Assembly (NCBI GenBank): GCA_963737905.1
Contig: CAVTUQ010000004.1
Span: 1-64,000, forward strand
Reading direction: 5' to 3'
DNA: 64,000 nt
Source: an uncultured delta proteobacterium
Lineage (GTDB): Bacteria > Desulfobacterota > Binatia > UBA9968
Part shown: positions 9,875-20,439 of the stretch, in pieces
Layout of the letters: each line of letters begins with the position of its first letter
Numbering within the stretch: the first letter of the stretch is position 1
Program-made: the position numbers and the translations under genes
The notes under the pieces: model-generated
The model's input: only the letters and a program-made list of their open reading frames with translations
Told to the model about the DNA's origin: nothing
Databases searched by the model: none

Positions 9875-10900
9875 ATGACTGCTCCGGTTCCTCAACTCGC
9901 GCGCTGGTGTCAAGGTTTGAAATCTGTTGGCATTCGCGATCTTCGTCCCGATGAGATCGCACGGCTTCGCAGCGAAGCAAAGTCAGCGCTCCCCAGACTA
10001 TGGCAACAAGCAGCCATAGCCGCTGGCAGTTTCGTTGCTCTCTACGCGTCTTACCTGGTTCACGGAGATGGACCCGAACCAAATGGGCTTCGTCTAGCCA
10101 TTTTCCTGGTGCTTGTTTTCATAGGCCTTCTGCTTCTCCCAGCGGTCTTGTTCCTCAGAATTTTGGACTACGTTAAGCTCAGCGCGCTGCGAGCCGACCT
10201 CAAGAACCCCCGCGTCGAGTGCTTCTCGGCCGAAAAGTCTCCGATTCGGCAGGCGGAATCGCCAGAGTCTTCTGAACCCGAATGTCCGCCGGCAAAGATT
10301 TTAGAGATCCTTCCCCACTCAGGTTTAGTCTTCCTCATTGATGGTGCTCAACCGCCTCATCGAATGAACGCCACGGTCTCCGAAACGGCCGCACCGCCCG
10401 AAGATTCACCCCAGTATGCTCTGCCTAAAGAACTGGCTGCGGGCATATCGGATGAGGCTCGGGAGCGCGCGGTGTTCGAGAGACGAAGACTCGCGCCCGC
10501 AGAACTCGACGAGCTTCGGCAGCATGTGCGCCGACTGCGTCGCCCATCGGGAGGACTCATCGTATTCGGAATATGGAGCGCGATGGGTTTTCTGGCTGCA
10601 ATCTTGTCTTATATGGGCGGGGATTTCAGCAGTTGGCAAGACAGCTATTTGCTTGGTGCCCTCGGGGTTGCCGCGATCACAACTTGGCAATCCGTGGGCT
10701 ATGCACGCACGCTTCTTGCTGGTCGGAAGATGTTGCGGGACGCAACCTCGGGGTGGGTGGTAGTGATCGAAGGAAAAGGCGATTCCCGAGTTCGGCAAGA
10801 GGTCTTGCCTATTTCTACTGCGGTCTGGTCCGTTGAGGGAAAGCCAAGCGTATGGAGACTTGTGCAGGGTCACAGAAACCGACGAAGACGCAAGGTTTAA
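9875..10900 (+). CDS. Hypothetical membrane protein with an internal tandem duplication (2 x 2 TM)
   Basis: 341-aa ORF. Both halves read RxLxPxExxxLR - TM - TM - LxxD - E(I/V)LPxSxxVxx(I/V)xG. Confidence 0.65.
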   Translation: MTAPVPQLARWCQGLKSVGIRDLRPDEIARLRSEAKSALPRLWQQAAIAAGSFVALYASYLVHGDGPEPNGLRLAIFLVLVFIGLLLLPAVLFLRILDYVKLSALRADLKNPRVECFSAEKSPIRQAESPESSEPECPPAKILEILPHSGLVFLIDGAQPPHRMNATVSETAAPPEDSPQYALPKELAAGISDEARERAVFERRRLAPAELDELRQHVRRLRRPSGGLIVFGIWSAMGFLAAILSYMGGDFSSWQDSYLLGALGVAAITTWQSVGYARTLLAGRKMLRDATSGWVVVIEGKGDSRVRQEVLPISTAVWSVEGKPSVWRLVQGHRNRRRRKV

Positions 10901-10948
10901 ATTCAGGAGAAATGTGGCACCCCTCTTTGTACTCGGACACCGAAGCAT

Positions 10949-12088
10949 TTACGGCTCGCCGAAAAACTTTACCGCGTTGTCATACAAAATCTTGCGTTTC
11001 TGGGTATCGCTGAGATCTTTGCGTTCCAGAATTTCTCGCGCCGCATTGTGACGTCCTTCGCCGTGGGGCAGATCCGAGGAATAGAGAATCTGATCTTCGC
11101 CCAGAAGACCGATTTCTTGAACGAGCATCTTGTCATCGGCTTCGCCGGCGAGAAAAATCCTGCCTGAGCGGACGTACTCTTCGATCGTCCTCTGTGGGAT
11201 TTCATCTTTGATGGGCATTTGGCTTCGATCGATGGGAAGATAGTGATCGAGGCGGCCGACCATGTAGAAAATCCATTCGGCGCCGAACTCCAGGAATCCG
11301 ACTTTAAGGTCAGGATAACGGTCGAGCATGCCGTGGCCGACAATCGCGACGAAGGCCATCATAGCGGGAAGGCTCATGCCGATCCCGTGGGCGTCCAGAA
11401 GGCCGTTACAAACCTCCGCGAAGGGCGGATAGCTCATACCCATGTGCACACACAAGGGCAAACCAGCGCGATTCAATTCATCCCAAACCGGAGTAAAGCT
11501 TCGATGGCAGAGCAAACGGTCCCCGGCTGTGCCGTAAACCACGGCGGCAGTGGCGCCGAGCTTCTTCATCTCCTCTACGGCGTCGCACCCCTGGCCCGGG
11601 TCGCGCAGCGGCAATAGCCCCGCCCATTTAAGTCGCTTGGAAACCGCCTCGCACTGCCGACCCATGTAACGGTTGTAGGAACGAAACAGCGCCGCTTCGA
11701 AACCGGGATCGGAAGTCATGCGCGCATACAAGGTCGTCGGATAGAGCATCTGGTGATCGATGCCCATGGAATCGAGGCCACGTAGCCGCGCCTCGGGATC
11801 GGAAAGATCGAAACTGCTGAGGGGGAAATCGTCATTCGTGGAAGACGCGCCGAACTCTTTGAGGACTCGGGCCGGCTCGTTGCCGGGCTGGCTACCAGGA
11901 CCCAGAGCATGGGGAATGATCTGGCCTTCAACTAACCAACCGTTGGTCCAGCGACCCATATCAGAGCCGTCCGAAACACGCGTAGGCCGTGGACGCCTGG
12001 CAACATATTCCGTGGGCAGCGTTTCCCACATGCGCGGGCTCATCATCGCATGCGCATCCGCATCATAAAGCCGGTAACCTTGCAGCAT
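10949..12088 (-). CDS. Amidohydrolase_2 family protein
   Basis: YDADAH, YPT, CVH, FLEFGAEW, YSSDLPH, DNA. Confidence 0.88.
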   Translation of the reverse strand: MLQGYRLYDADAHAMMSPRMWETLPTEYVARRPRPTRVSDGSDMGRWTNGWLVEGQIIPHALGPGSQPGNEPARVLKEFGASSTNDDFPLSSFDLSDPEARLRGLDSMGIDHQMLYPTTLYARMTSDPGFEAALFRSYNRYMGRQCEAVSKRLKWAGLLPLRDPGQGCDAVEEMKKLGATAAVVYGTAGDRLLCHRSFTPVWDELNRAGLPLCVHMGMSYPPFAEVCNGLLDAHGIGMSLPAMMAFVAIVGHGMLDRYPDLKVGFLEFGAEWIFYMVGRLDHYLPIDRSQMPIKDEIPQRTIEEYVRSGRIFLAGEADDKMLVQEIGLLGEDQILYSSDLPHGEGRHNAAREILERKDLSDTQKRKILYDNAVKFFGEP

Positions 12089-12106
12089 CGATTCTTCCCT
12101 CGTGAA

Positions 12107-14515
12107 CTAGCGTAGCACTTCCCGGTCCGCGAGATCCTTGATCTGAGCGCTGGACAACCCCAATAGCTCACCGAACACAGCTTCATTGTCTTCCCCCGCG
12201 GTGTGTGCAAATTCCTCGGTGACTTTTTTAGCTTCAGCGAGTCGGACGGACGGACCGGCGCGGGTTACCCAGCCGAGCTGCTGATGGTGGATTTCCCGCG
12301 CGAAGCCGCGCTCGCGCAGGTGCGGATCGCGGTAGAGATCCTCGGCGGTTTGCACGACTCCGGCGGCGATTCCGTCACGCTGCAATGTGAGCATCACTTG
12401 GTGCGGAGTGTGCTGCAGGGTCCACGACTCCACCAGAGCGTCGAGTTCCTGTTTGTGGGTTACCCGAGCGGCTAAGTCAATGAAACGAGCATCGTTGGCC
12501 CATTCGCGGTGTCCTACGAGCTCGCACAAGCGCGCCCACTCTTCCTCGGTTTCGACAGAGATCACACACCATCGATCATCGCCCTGGCATTGATAACAGC
12601 CGTGCGGCGCGGCGAAGGGAGAGAAATTTCCCTGCGGCTCAGGCTCGCGGCCATTGATGAGCCATTCCAGGTATGCAGGGCCCAGCATCGAGGCGGCGGT
12701 TTCCGCCTGCGAGATGTCGATGTACTGGCCCTTGCCGGTACGGCCGCGAAAGTGCAGCGCAGCCAAGATGGCTAGCGCGCCATAGGACGGGGCGACATAA
12801 TCCGGAAATGCCGTCTGACATCCCGCACCGGGTCGCTCGATTGCGGGATCGCGCCAGAGATAAGTCATTCCCGAGAAGGCCATGAGGATGGGACCAAAAC
12901 TGACGAAATCGCGGCGCGGACCTGTCTGGCCGAAAGCCTGCAGGCTCGCCATGATGATATCCTCGCGAACTTCTTTCATGCGCGGATAATCCAGACCCCA
13001 GCTTGCCATGACGCGCGAGCTGAAGTTCTCGGCGACGACGTCGGATAAAGCAATAAGTCGTTTGGCGAGCGCCAGCCCTTCCGGATGTTTCATATTGATA
13101 GCGATTCGCTTTTTGTTGCGATGGCTTTCCAGGTCCGAGGCGATCTGGAACCGCTGGCCGCGCTGCGGGCTCCGCACGACTCGGCCGGCTTCAACGGTGA
13201 TGACTTGGGCGCCATGTTCGGCCAGCAAACTTCCAAGCGCGGGGCCGACGATGCCGGTGGGAAAACTGAGAACTCGAATGCCGGCGAAGGGCAATGAATG
13301 GGTGCTCCCTTCCGATGATCCGCGAAGCCCGTCCAGCCACGGTGAGGATTTTACAAATTCGTTGGTAACTGCCCGCTGATGTTCTCCCAGTAGCGGAGCT
13401 CCCTGCTCAATGCGCCACGGGCTTTCAGAAAACCTGTAAGGATCGCCGGGAAAGCGATGCCGTCCGAGATGAGGATGCTCGACTTCCACGACGTATTCTC
13501 GATGTTTCGTCTGCGGGTCGTCCAAGAAAGCGCTGGGCGCATTGATAGGCGAGGCCGCCAACCGATGAGATTGAAACTCCTCGAAGAAAGTTTGCGTATC
13601 GGAGGTCACGGTGCGCGCCTCGATAATCCGATCGAGGACAGGCCGCAACGGATGGCGGTTCTGCACGTTTTCGAGTTTGGGGTCCCTAAGCTCCGGAGGA
13701 TTTCCCAGCCACTCGACCAAACGTTTCCAGTGGTCCGGCTGATTGCAAAAAATTCGCGCATAACCGTCTTTACATTTGTAGGTTTCGGCGACGGTGGTCG
13801 ATTGACTGTGACCCGTGCGCTCCGGAATCTCGCCCGTTACACTGTACCGCGTGATGATCCTCAGAAACGGATCGGCGACGAGAACATCCTGAAGAGAAAC
13901 CTCCACGTGGTCGCCACGGCCCGTGCCGCGCCGGTTGTAGAGCGCCACCAGAGTTCCGAAGGCGGCGTGAACCGATCCTAGATGGCACGCAACGTCACAC
14001 GGACCCACTAGCGGCGCGCGTCCCGGATAGCCGCAGAGATTCATCAAACCGCCCATGGCGAAAGCAACAATATTGGGCGCTTTGAAGTCGCGATATGGAC
14101 CCGTGAGACCAAAGCCGGTGATCGAGGTCACGACCAGCGATGGGTTGATAACTTGCAGCGCCCGGTAACCGATGCCGATCCGATCCAGGTATCCGAGCGG
14201 CCGATCTTCAATCAACACATCCGCATTCGCTACCAGCGCGCGGAATGTAGTTTGTCCTTGCTCAGTTTCGAGATCGAGGACGATGCCCTTCTTGTTCGTG
14301 TGATAACCGGCAAATGACAGGCTTCCGTCAGGATGCGCAATATCATTTTTGAACGGTCCTGCGCGCCGCATTGGATCGCCTCCCGGCGGCTCGATGAGAA
14401 TCACCTCCGCGTCGAGATTGGCGAGCAGCATACCGCAATAACCTCCCCTGCGACTGGTAAGATCGAGCACACGTAATCCCGAGAGTGCGCCGGAGGAATC
14501 CAATGCGGCAGACAT
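12107..14515 (-). CDS. Family III (CaiB/BaiF) CoA-transferase, fused double domain
   Basis: Two repeats of GxRVL..LAxxGAxVIx(I/V)E..NKKxIx(L/I)..(S/A)DVxxE. C-terminal APLLGEH and TAGEDN. Confidence 0.9.
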   Translation of the reverse strand: MSAALDSSGALSGLRVLDLTSRRGGYCGMLLANLDAEVILIEPPGGDPMRRAGPFKNDIAHPDGSLSFAGYHTNKKGIVLDLETEQGQTTFRALVANADVLIEDRPLGYLDRIGIGYRALQVINPSLVVTSITGFGLTGPYRDFKAPNIVAFAMGGLMNLCGYPGRAPLVGPCDVACHLGSVHAAFGTLVALYNRRGTGRGDHVEVSLQDVLVADPFLRIITRYSVTGEIPERTGHSQSTTVAETYKCKDGYARIFCNQPDHWKRLVEWLGNPPELRDPKLENVQNRHPLRPVLDRIIEARTVTSDTQTFFEEFQSHRLAASPINAPSAFLDDPQTKHREYVVEVEHPHLGRHRFPGDPYRFSESPWRIEQGAPLLGEHQRAVTNEFVKSSPWLDGLRGSSEGSTHSLPFAGIRVLSFPTGIVGPALGSLLAEHGAQVITVEAGRVVRSPQRGQRFQIASDLESHRNKKRIAINMKHPEGLALAKRLIALSDVVAENFSSRVMASWGLDYPRMKEVREDIIMASLQAFGQTGPRRDFVSFGPILMAFSGMTYLWRDPAIERPGAGCQTAFPDYVAPSYGALAILAALHFRGRTGKGQYIDISQAETAASMLGPAYLEWLINGREPEPQGNFSPFAAPHGCYQCQGDDRWCVISVETEEEWARLCELVGHREWANDARFIDLAARVTHKQELDALVESWTLQHTPHQVMLTLQRDGIAAGVVQTAEDLYRDPHLRERGFAREIHHQQLGWVTRAGPSVRLAEAKKVTEEFAHTAGEDNEAVFGELLGLSSAQIKDLADREVLR

Positions 14516-14540
14516 TTTGAAGTTCCGTCAACGGATCATT

Positions 14541-16043
14541 TTAGGGCTTGAGGATGGAAGTGGGCTTTCCGCTGCTATCGTATACTTCAACGGGACCATA
14601 GGGTTCCAAGACCGATTGAATCTTTAGAGCATCCCCCACCGCGACAAGTTGCATCACATCGGGGTCGAGGTACTTGCGTGCCACGCGCTGCACATCCTCT
14701 GCCGTGACGGCCATGATTTTGGCTGGGTACGTATCCCAATAGTCTTCCGGCAAGCGGAACCGGATGCGCGAAACGGCCAACCCTAGAATCGCAGTCGGCT
14801 GTTCCAGCGACAATGCAAAGCGCGCTGCGATGGCGCGTTTGCCGTCTTCCAATTCGGCGGACGGAACGGTTTGGTCTCGCATGCGGCGAATTTCTTTAAA
14901 AAACTCCACGAGGGCTCCCGCGGTCACTTCCGTGCGCATATTCCCGCCTGCGCGCCAGGGTCCAGGGTAGCGCGGAGCACTAAAATTGCTATAGACGCCG
15001 TAGGTGTAGCCCTTCTCTTCGCGGAGATTCAAGAATAGCCGCCCCGAGACGCCACCGCCAAGGATATGGTTCATGACCACCATAGGAATATAGTCCGGGC
15101 TCCGGCGCTCGATGGCGATATTGCCTAGCGCGACGGTTGTTTGGACTGAGTTAGGGCGGTGGACGAGATAGGCCTTGCGCGCGGTGGCCGCAATGGGATT
15201 AGGGGGCCAGTTCCGCTTAACATCGCTCTGTTGCCAACCGGCAAACCATTTTTCCAGCCGAGGGATGAGTTCTGAGGCGCGAACATCGCCGGCGATTGCA
15301 AGCAGGCTGTTTTGCGGAGCATAGCGCTCTCGATGCCATTTCATCAGCGCTTCTCGTGTCAGCGAGTCTAATGATTCGCTCGTCGGTGAAACCGTGGCGG
15401 CGGGATGATCGCCGTAAACGGCGTGGTTAAAACGCTCATTGACGAGGAAGTTCGCTGCCGAACGTTGTTGGCGGAGCTGAGCGCGTAGCCTTTGTGTCAA
15501 TTTCTCCAGTTCGTCCCGTGGAAAACTTGGGTTGAGAAGCACGTCGACAGCCAGGGCAAACCAGGAATCGAAATTATCGCTCAGACCGGAGGCGCTAAGC
15601 ACGACCTGGGGGGAGCCGAAGGAACCGGCGGCTCCGAGGGTGGCGCCCAGGCGATCGATTTCCTCCGCGATCTGTACGCTTGTGCGCGATTGCGTGCCTT
15701 CACGCAGCATGTGCGCCGTAGCGTTAGCCAAGCCGCTCATGCTCGGCGGCTCGAAGAGGGCGCCGGCACCGCTGATATGCAGCTGCACGAAGACAGAAGG
15801 CGTGCGGTGATCTTCCAGGATCAACACGGTCAGCCCGTTCTCCAGTTTGGCCTCAACGGGTTTGGGTAGTTTTACCCGCAGCACGTCCCGCGACAACGGA
15901 GCTTGGTTTTTGCGCTCGACCTTGCTGGCGGGCGTTTGAATCGATTCCTGAGCGTAGAGCAACGGCTCGTCCAGGAGGGCGACGCCGGCAAAAAGCAGCG
16001 CGATAATGCACGCTGAAGCTCTCAAAAGGGCTTTCCTAGGCAT
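14541..16043 (-). CDS. M16B peptidase, non-catalytic subunit (secreted)
   Basis: Signal peptide, LENGLTV, no HxxEH, and SGRLFLNLREEKGYTY (R/Y pair). Confidence 0.88.
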   Translation of the reverse strand: MPRKALLRASACIIALLFAGVALLDEPLLYAQESIQTPASKVERKNQAPLSRDVLRVKLPKPVEAKLENGLTVLILEDHRTPSVFVQLHISGAGALFEPPSMSGLANATAHMLREGTQSRTSVQIAEEIDRLGATLGAAGSFGSPQVVLSASGLSDNFDSWFALAVDVLLNPSFPRDELEKLTQRLRAQLRQQRSAANFLVNERFNHAVYGDHPAATVSPTSESLDSLTREALMKWHRERYAPQNSLLAIAGDVRASELIPRLEKWFAGWQQSDVKRNWPPNPIAATARKAYLVHRPNSVQTTVALGNIAIERRSPDYIPMVVMNHILGGGVSGRLFLNLREEKGYTYGVYSNFSAPRYPGPWRAGGNMRTEVTAGALVEFFKEIRRMRDQTVPSAELEDGKRAIAARFALSLEQPTAILGLAVSRIRFRLPEDYWDTYPAKIMAVTAEDVQRVARKYLDPDVMQLVAVGDALKIQSVLEPYGPVEVYDSSGKPTSILKP

Positions 16044-16055
16044 ACTTTCCTGAAT

Positions 16056-17471
16056 CTAATGATGATCCGCTGTAGGTTGTACTCCCGTCAGCTTGGGCAC
16101 GGTCGTAACGACGGTTCGTTGGGTCTCCTTTAGGTAGGTCCGCGCGACCCGCTGAAGATCTGCTTTAGTGACTTGGTTGTATTTGTGATGCACCGAATTG
16201 ATCAGCTCTGGATCGTTGTAATAGACGGCGTAGTGACCGAAAGCGCTAGCCCGCACGCGGGTGCTGTAGCGCTGCTGCGCGCGCTGGCGGCGCAACTGCA
16301 TTTGCACCTTACTTAACTCCCAGTCGGTGATCTCCTCGTTTTGCGCTCGTTCTATTTCTTCATAGACCAGTTTCTCAAGAACCGCCAAGTCGGTTCCAGG
16401 CCGCGCTGTAATGGAGAACCAAAAAAGCGAAGGGCCGCGCCGCTCGTCCGGCCCGGCGGCAGCGCTGAGCGCCACCTCCTTGTCCTTTATCAACTTCTGA
16501 TAGAGACGCGACGACACGCCGCCCGACAGCACCTGCCCCAACACGGAAAGCGCGTACCAATCCGGCGTATCACCCGCCGGAATTTTGTAGACGATATCCA
16601 GGCGCGGAGCATGCGCGAAAGTGTCCTCGATGAGCTTGCGTCGTTCGGTTTCCTGTTCCGGTTCGGCGACGTCGGGTATGGGGGGAGCTGGTTGCGCGGG
16701 GATACGGTCGAAATATTTCCTGACCAGACTCAAGGCCACATCGGTCTGGAAGTCTCCCACCAACGACAACACGGCATTATTGGGCGCATAGTAAATGCGG
16801 AAAAAATCGGCAGCGTCTTGAACCGTAGCGGCGTTTAGATCGTGCATCGAACCGATAACGGAATGTTTATAAGCGAAATTGTCATAAGCGGTCTCGATCA
16901 CCGCCTCGTAGGTTTTACCATAGGGGCGGTTATCGTAGTTTTGCCGGCGTTCCTCTTGCACCGTTTGCCGCTGGTTGTCCAAGTTGGCCTGCGTAATAAT
17001 CAGCGCGCCCATACGGTCCGCCTCGAGAAAAATCCCCAGCTCTAACTGGTTGGCCGGCAAGGTCTCAAAGTAGTTGGTCCGGTCGGCGTTCGTGGTGCCG
17101 TTGGCGGTGCCGCCGTTGTTTTGCACCAGGATGAAATGCTCCCCCTTGCCGACATTCTCCGAGCCCTGAAACAGCATATGTTCGAATAGATGGGCGAAGC
17201 CGGTCCGCCCCGCCCGCTCGTCGCGCGAGCCGACATTGTAGGTGGCACAGATGGAATAGGTTGGAGCGCTATGATCTTCCGCGAGGATGACCCGGAGACC
17301 GTTATTCAGTCTGAATTCTTTGAAGGCGACGTCGAAAGATTGGGTGGCCTTGACGGCGGTCTGATCGGACTCGGATTCGGCGCTCTCAAGCAAGGTCCCG
17401 GAGACCATCGAAACCAGGACGATCAATGCCGCCACAAACGCTCTGGCTGTTTTCACTTGCTGTCCGTGCAT
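16056..17471 (-). CDS. M16B zinc peptidase, catalytic subunit (secreted)
   Basis: GFAHLFEHMLFQGS (HxxEH), NGTT, EERRQ, signal peptide. Confidence 0.9.
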   Translation of the reverse strand: MHGQQVKTARAFVAALIVLVSMVSGTLLESAESESDQTAVKATQSFDVAFKEFRLNNGLRVILAEDHSAPTYSICATYNVGSRDERAGRTGFAHLFEHMLFQGSENVGKGEHFILVQNNGGTANGTTNADRTNYFETLPANQLELGIFLEADRMGALIITQANLDNQRQTVQEERRQNYDNRPYGKTYEAVIETAYDNFAYKHSVIGSMHDLNAATVQDAADFFRIYYAPNNAVLSLVGDFQTDVALSLVRKYFDRIPAQPAPPIPDVAEPEQETERRKLIEDTFAHAPRLDIVYKIPAGDTPDWYALSVLGQVLSGGVSSRLYQKLIKDKEVALSAAAGPDERRGPSLFWFSITARPGTDLAVLEKLVYEEIERAQNEEITDWELSKVQMQLRRQRAQQRYSTRVRASAFGHYAVYYNDPELINSVHHKYNQVTKADLQRVARTYLKETQRTVVTTVPKLTGVQPTADHH

Positions 17472-17630
17472 TGCGCCAACTTCGATTTACCCGACCCTTC
17501 AAGATAAGAGTATATTGCCATCAGGGCAGCTTCGGCAAGATCATAAGCGAGATTTTGCCGTTGACTCCTGCAGCACAACGGAATAAGGGAGAGGCCAGCA
17601 AAAATAACTCATGTCCGTAGGAGGAGCTAC

Positions 17631-18368
17631 ATGAAAACCTCGTGGGAATCAATGACCGTCGATAACAGTCCGATGCGCCTTTACCTATGTCAACCGGAAA
17701 GTACGGCCGCGGTTCCGGCAATCGTTGTTATTCAGAACCAAGATGGTGTTGCCGAGTTTACACAGGAAATGACCCGCCGGGTGGCCGAGGCGGGTTACGT
17801 GGGCATAGCTCCGGACCTCTATCACAGGAATACGCCGGAGATTAACGCCGATCACCAAAAGCGCGCGGGCAGTCGTCGAGATGCTGGCGTCATCAATGAT
17901 GTCAATGCCGCAGTGGATTTTCTGCGCGGTTGCGCTACCGCCGATCCAAGTAGATTGGGCATCGTGGGATTTTGCATGGGCGGCCGCGTTACGTGCTTGA
18001 TGGCCGCGGCCAATCCCATGTTCCGCGCAGCAGTGGATTTTTACGGAGGGGGCGTTTACAAGGCTTGGGGTGACGGTCCGGCGCCCTCGGATCGCGTCGC
18101 TGAGATTCATTGTCCGATCCAGGGTCATTTCGGTGAATTAGACAAGAACCCTCCAGCCGATGAAATGCGCACGCTCGATGCCGAGTTAACACGATTAGGA
18201 AAGCCCCATGAGTTCTATTTTTATCCCAATGCCGGCCACGCCTTTAACCGCAAAGGTTGGGATGGCTATCGTCTCGAAGCCGATACAGCATCTTGGCCAC
18301 GAACGTTAGACTTCTTTAGAAAACATCTGCTGGACGTGGCGCCGAAGAGAGTAGCGGCCTCACGCTAA
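17631..18368 (+). CDS. Dienelactone hydrolase family protein
   Basis: GFCMGG nucleophile elbow, GELD, AGHAF. AGGAGG RBS. Confidence 0.9.
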   Translation: MKTSWESMTVDNSPMRLYLCQPESTAAVPAIVVIQNQDGVAEFTQEMTRRVAEAGYVGIAPDLYHRNTPEINADHQKRAGSRRDAGVINDVNAAVDFLRGCATADPSRLGIVGFCMGGRVTCLMAAANPMFRAAVDFYGGGVYKAWGDGPAPSDRVAEIHCPIQGHFGELDKNPPADEMRTLDAELTRLGKPHEFYFYPNAGHAFNRKGWDGYRLEADTASWPRTLDFFRKHLLDVAPKRVAASR

Positions 18369-18383
18369 CCTGAGAACAAAACG

Positions 18384-19358
18384 ATGAAACCAAAATCATG
18401 CTTCCTCTTACCTCTGATATTCATCCTTCTCATCCTATCCGTGCCCGTCATGAACGCGGCTGAGCCCAGGGCCGTGAACATTGGCTGGACCGGCGGTTCG
18501 AGTTGGACGTCGCTGCCGGACAGAATCGCCACTGAAAGAGGCTTCTATGAAAAGGAAGGACTGCGGGTTCGTTACATTCAGTTCCAGGGCACGAACTTAA
18601 TGCTCAGCGCATTACTGGCCAACGAGCTCGATTATGTCACCATTTTGCCGTTTATCGCCGGTGCCGCCACGCGTGGTCTGCCGGTGAAAATCGTTGCCGC
18701 GACCACCAAGGCGAGCGGCTATGCCATCGTGGCCCGATCGGACATCGACAGCATCAAGGCGCTTAAAGGAAAACGGATTGCCATCAACAGCTTCGGCAGC
18801 TCGGCGGACTTTGCGATTTACCAACTGCTTAGCCGAAATGGATTGGATCCCAACAAAGACGTCACCCTGCAAGCGATCGCCGGCAGCCCGGACGCACGTT
18901 TCGCCGCGCTGCTCGGCGGCTCCGTCGAAGCCACCGTCGTCAGCAGTCCATTCGAGTATCGGGCTGAACAAAAAGGATTCAAGACCCTTTTGTCGGTAAA
19001 AGAGACCGCGGAATTCGTGCGCATCCCCATTGCTGGCCTGAGCACCACGCAGCGAAAGATCGAAAAGGAACCGGATGAGATCGTGCGGGCGTTGCGCGGC
19101 CTGCGCGCGGCAATCCTATTTCTCCAAAGCCAACGGGAAATCGGCGTCGGACTGCTTGAAAAGTTGCTCAAACTCGACCGTCCCGCCGCTGAAAGATTTT
19201 ACTCGGTTTATCGCGACCAATATAATCCAGACCTAACGGTGCCGGACTCCGTAGCCGAGGAATGGATGGCCGTGGGTACCTTTAGAGCGAAGGAAAAGAT
19301 CACCGTCAAACCTCAGGTGGTTTATGACTGGACCTTTGCCGAGAGAGCGAAACGCTAA
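18384..19358 (+). CDS. NMT1/SsuA/THI5-like ABC substrate-binding protein
   Basis: Signal peptide, GFYEKEGL, LKGKRIAINSFGS, GLDPNKDV. Confidence 0.85.
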   Translation: MKPKSCFLLPLIFILLILSVPVMNAAEPRAVNIGWTGGSSWTSLPDRIATERGFYEKEGLRVRYIQFQGTNLMLSALLANELDYVTILPFIAGAATRGLPVKIVAATTKASGYAIVARSDIDSIKALKGKRIAINSFGSSADFAIYQLLSRNGLDPNKDVTLQAIAGSPDARFAALLGGSVEATVVSSPFEYRAEQKGFKTLLSVKETAEFVRIPIAGLSTTQRKIEKEPDEIVRALRGLRAAILFLQSQREIGVGLLEKLLKLDRPAAERFYSVYRDQYNPDLTVPDSVAEEWMAVGTFRAKEKITVKPQVVYDWTFAERAKR

Positions 19359-19399
19359 AGACACCCAAGCGCCAACTTGAGCGGCTAAAGGGAGGGATC

Positions 19400-20374
19400 A
19401 TGAAAAGCGGTAAAATCTTTTCTTTCTTGTTCCTGATCCTGGTTATCAAGAATTTCACACCCGACGTTGGATACGGCCAAGACAAGATCCGCATCGGGGT
19501 GCCGTTATTTCCCACGGTTTCATTTCCGGTATTTATCGCGCAGGAGAGAGGCTTTTTTGAAAAGAATGGTTTGAAAGCCGAAATCATCAGGATCAATAGC
19601 GAGCCGACGACTTATCAAGCATTGATTTCAGGAGACATCGATGCCACGTCGGGCGCGCCCACCGGCTTAGTTCAATCGAACTTGCAAGGCGTGCCGGTGG
19701 TTTCGCTGGGGAGCTGGGACAATCTGGTTTCGTACACAGTTGCAACTAAAGAAAAAATCGACGATCTATCCCAATTGAAAGGAAAAAAAATCGGCATCAA
19801 CCGACTCGGCGGCAAATCGTCGCTGATTCTTCGGGTCATGCTGGAGGACGCCGGCCTCAATACCACAAAGGACGTCACCTTGCTGCAACTCGGCGGCTCA
19901 CAAGAACGGCTGGCCGCACTGATGCGCGGGGGGATTGACGCGGCGCCCGTGGATTTTGCGTTTGAGCCCAAAATGAAACAGCTGGGCTTTTTTCTCGTCA
20001 CCGGCAAAAAAACGCCCTTCATGAATGGCCCGATCACGGTGAAGGTCTCTTCTTTACAGTCGAATCGACCTAAATGGGTGCGCTTCGTCAAGTCTTATTT
20101 GGAAGCGACCCGCTACATAACTACAAATAAAGAAGGCTCCATAGAAGTGTTACGTCGCGCCGTCGGCATCGACGACAAAGAAACTTTGGATTACGCCTAT
20201 GACCAAATGCGCGCACGCGCAGATGTTGACTTGATTCCACCGGACGCTGCGGTCGAGAACCTGATAAAAATGGTCGCCTATGTCGACAAACGCGCGTCGT
20301 CAATAGAAAAAAGCAAGCTAGCGGACTATTCGATCTTAAAGGAGCTGGGACAAGGGAAGCCTGCAAAAAAATAA
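19400..20374 (+). CDS. NMT1/SsuA/THI5-like ABC substrate-binding protein
   Basis: Signal peptide, GFFEKNGL, LKGKKIGINRLGG, RLAALMRGGIDA. Confidence 0.85.
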   Translation: MKSGKIFSFLFLILVIKNFTPDVGYGQDKIRIGVPLFPTVSFPVFIAQERGFFEKNGLKAEIIRINSEPTTYQALISGDIDATSGAPTGLVQSNLQGVPVVSLGSWDNLVSYTVATKEKIDDLSQLKGKKIGINRLGGKSSLILRVMLEDAGLNTTKDVTLLQLGGSQERLAALMRGGIDAAPVDFAFEPKMKQLGFFLVTGKKTPFMNGPITVKVSSLQSNRPKWVRFVKSYLEATRYITTNKEGSIEVLRRAVGIDDKETLDYAYDQMRARADVDLIPPDAAVENLIKMVAYVDKRASSIEKSKLADYSILKELGQGKPAKK

Positions 20375-20439
20375 CCCGCATGATGAAGTGGCGGATTTCG
20401 AACCCATCACTCCATTACTCCAACACCCTTTGATTTAGT

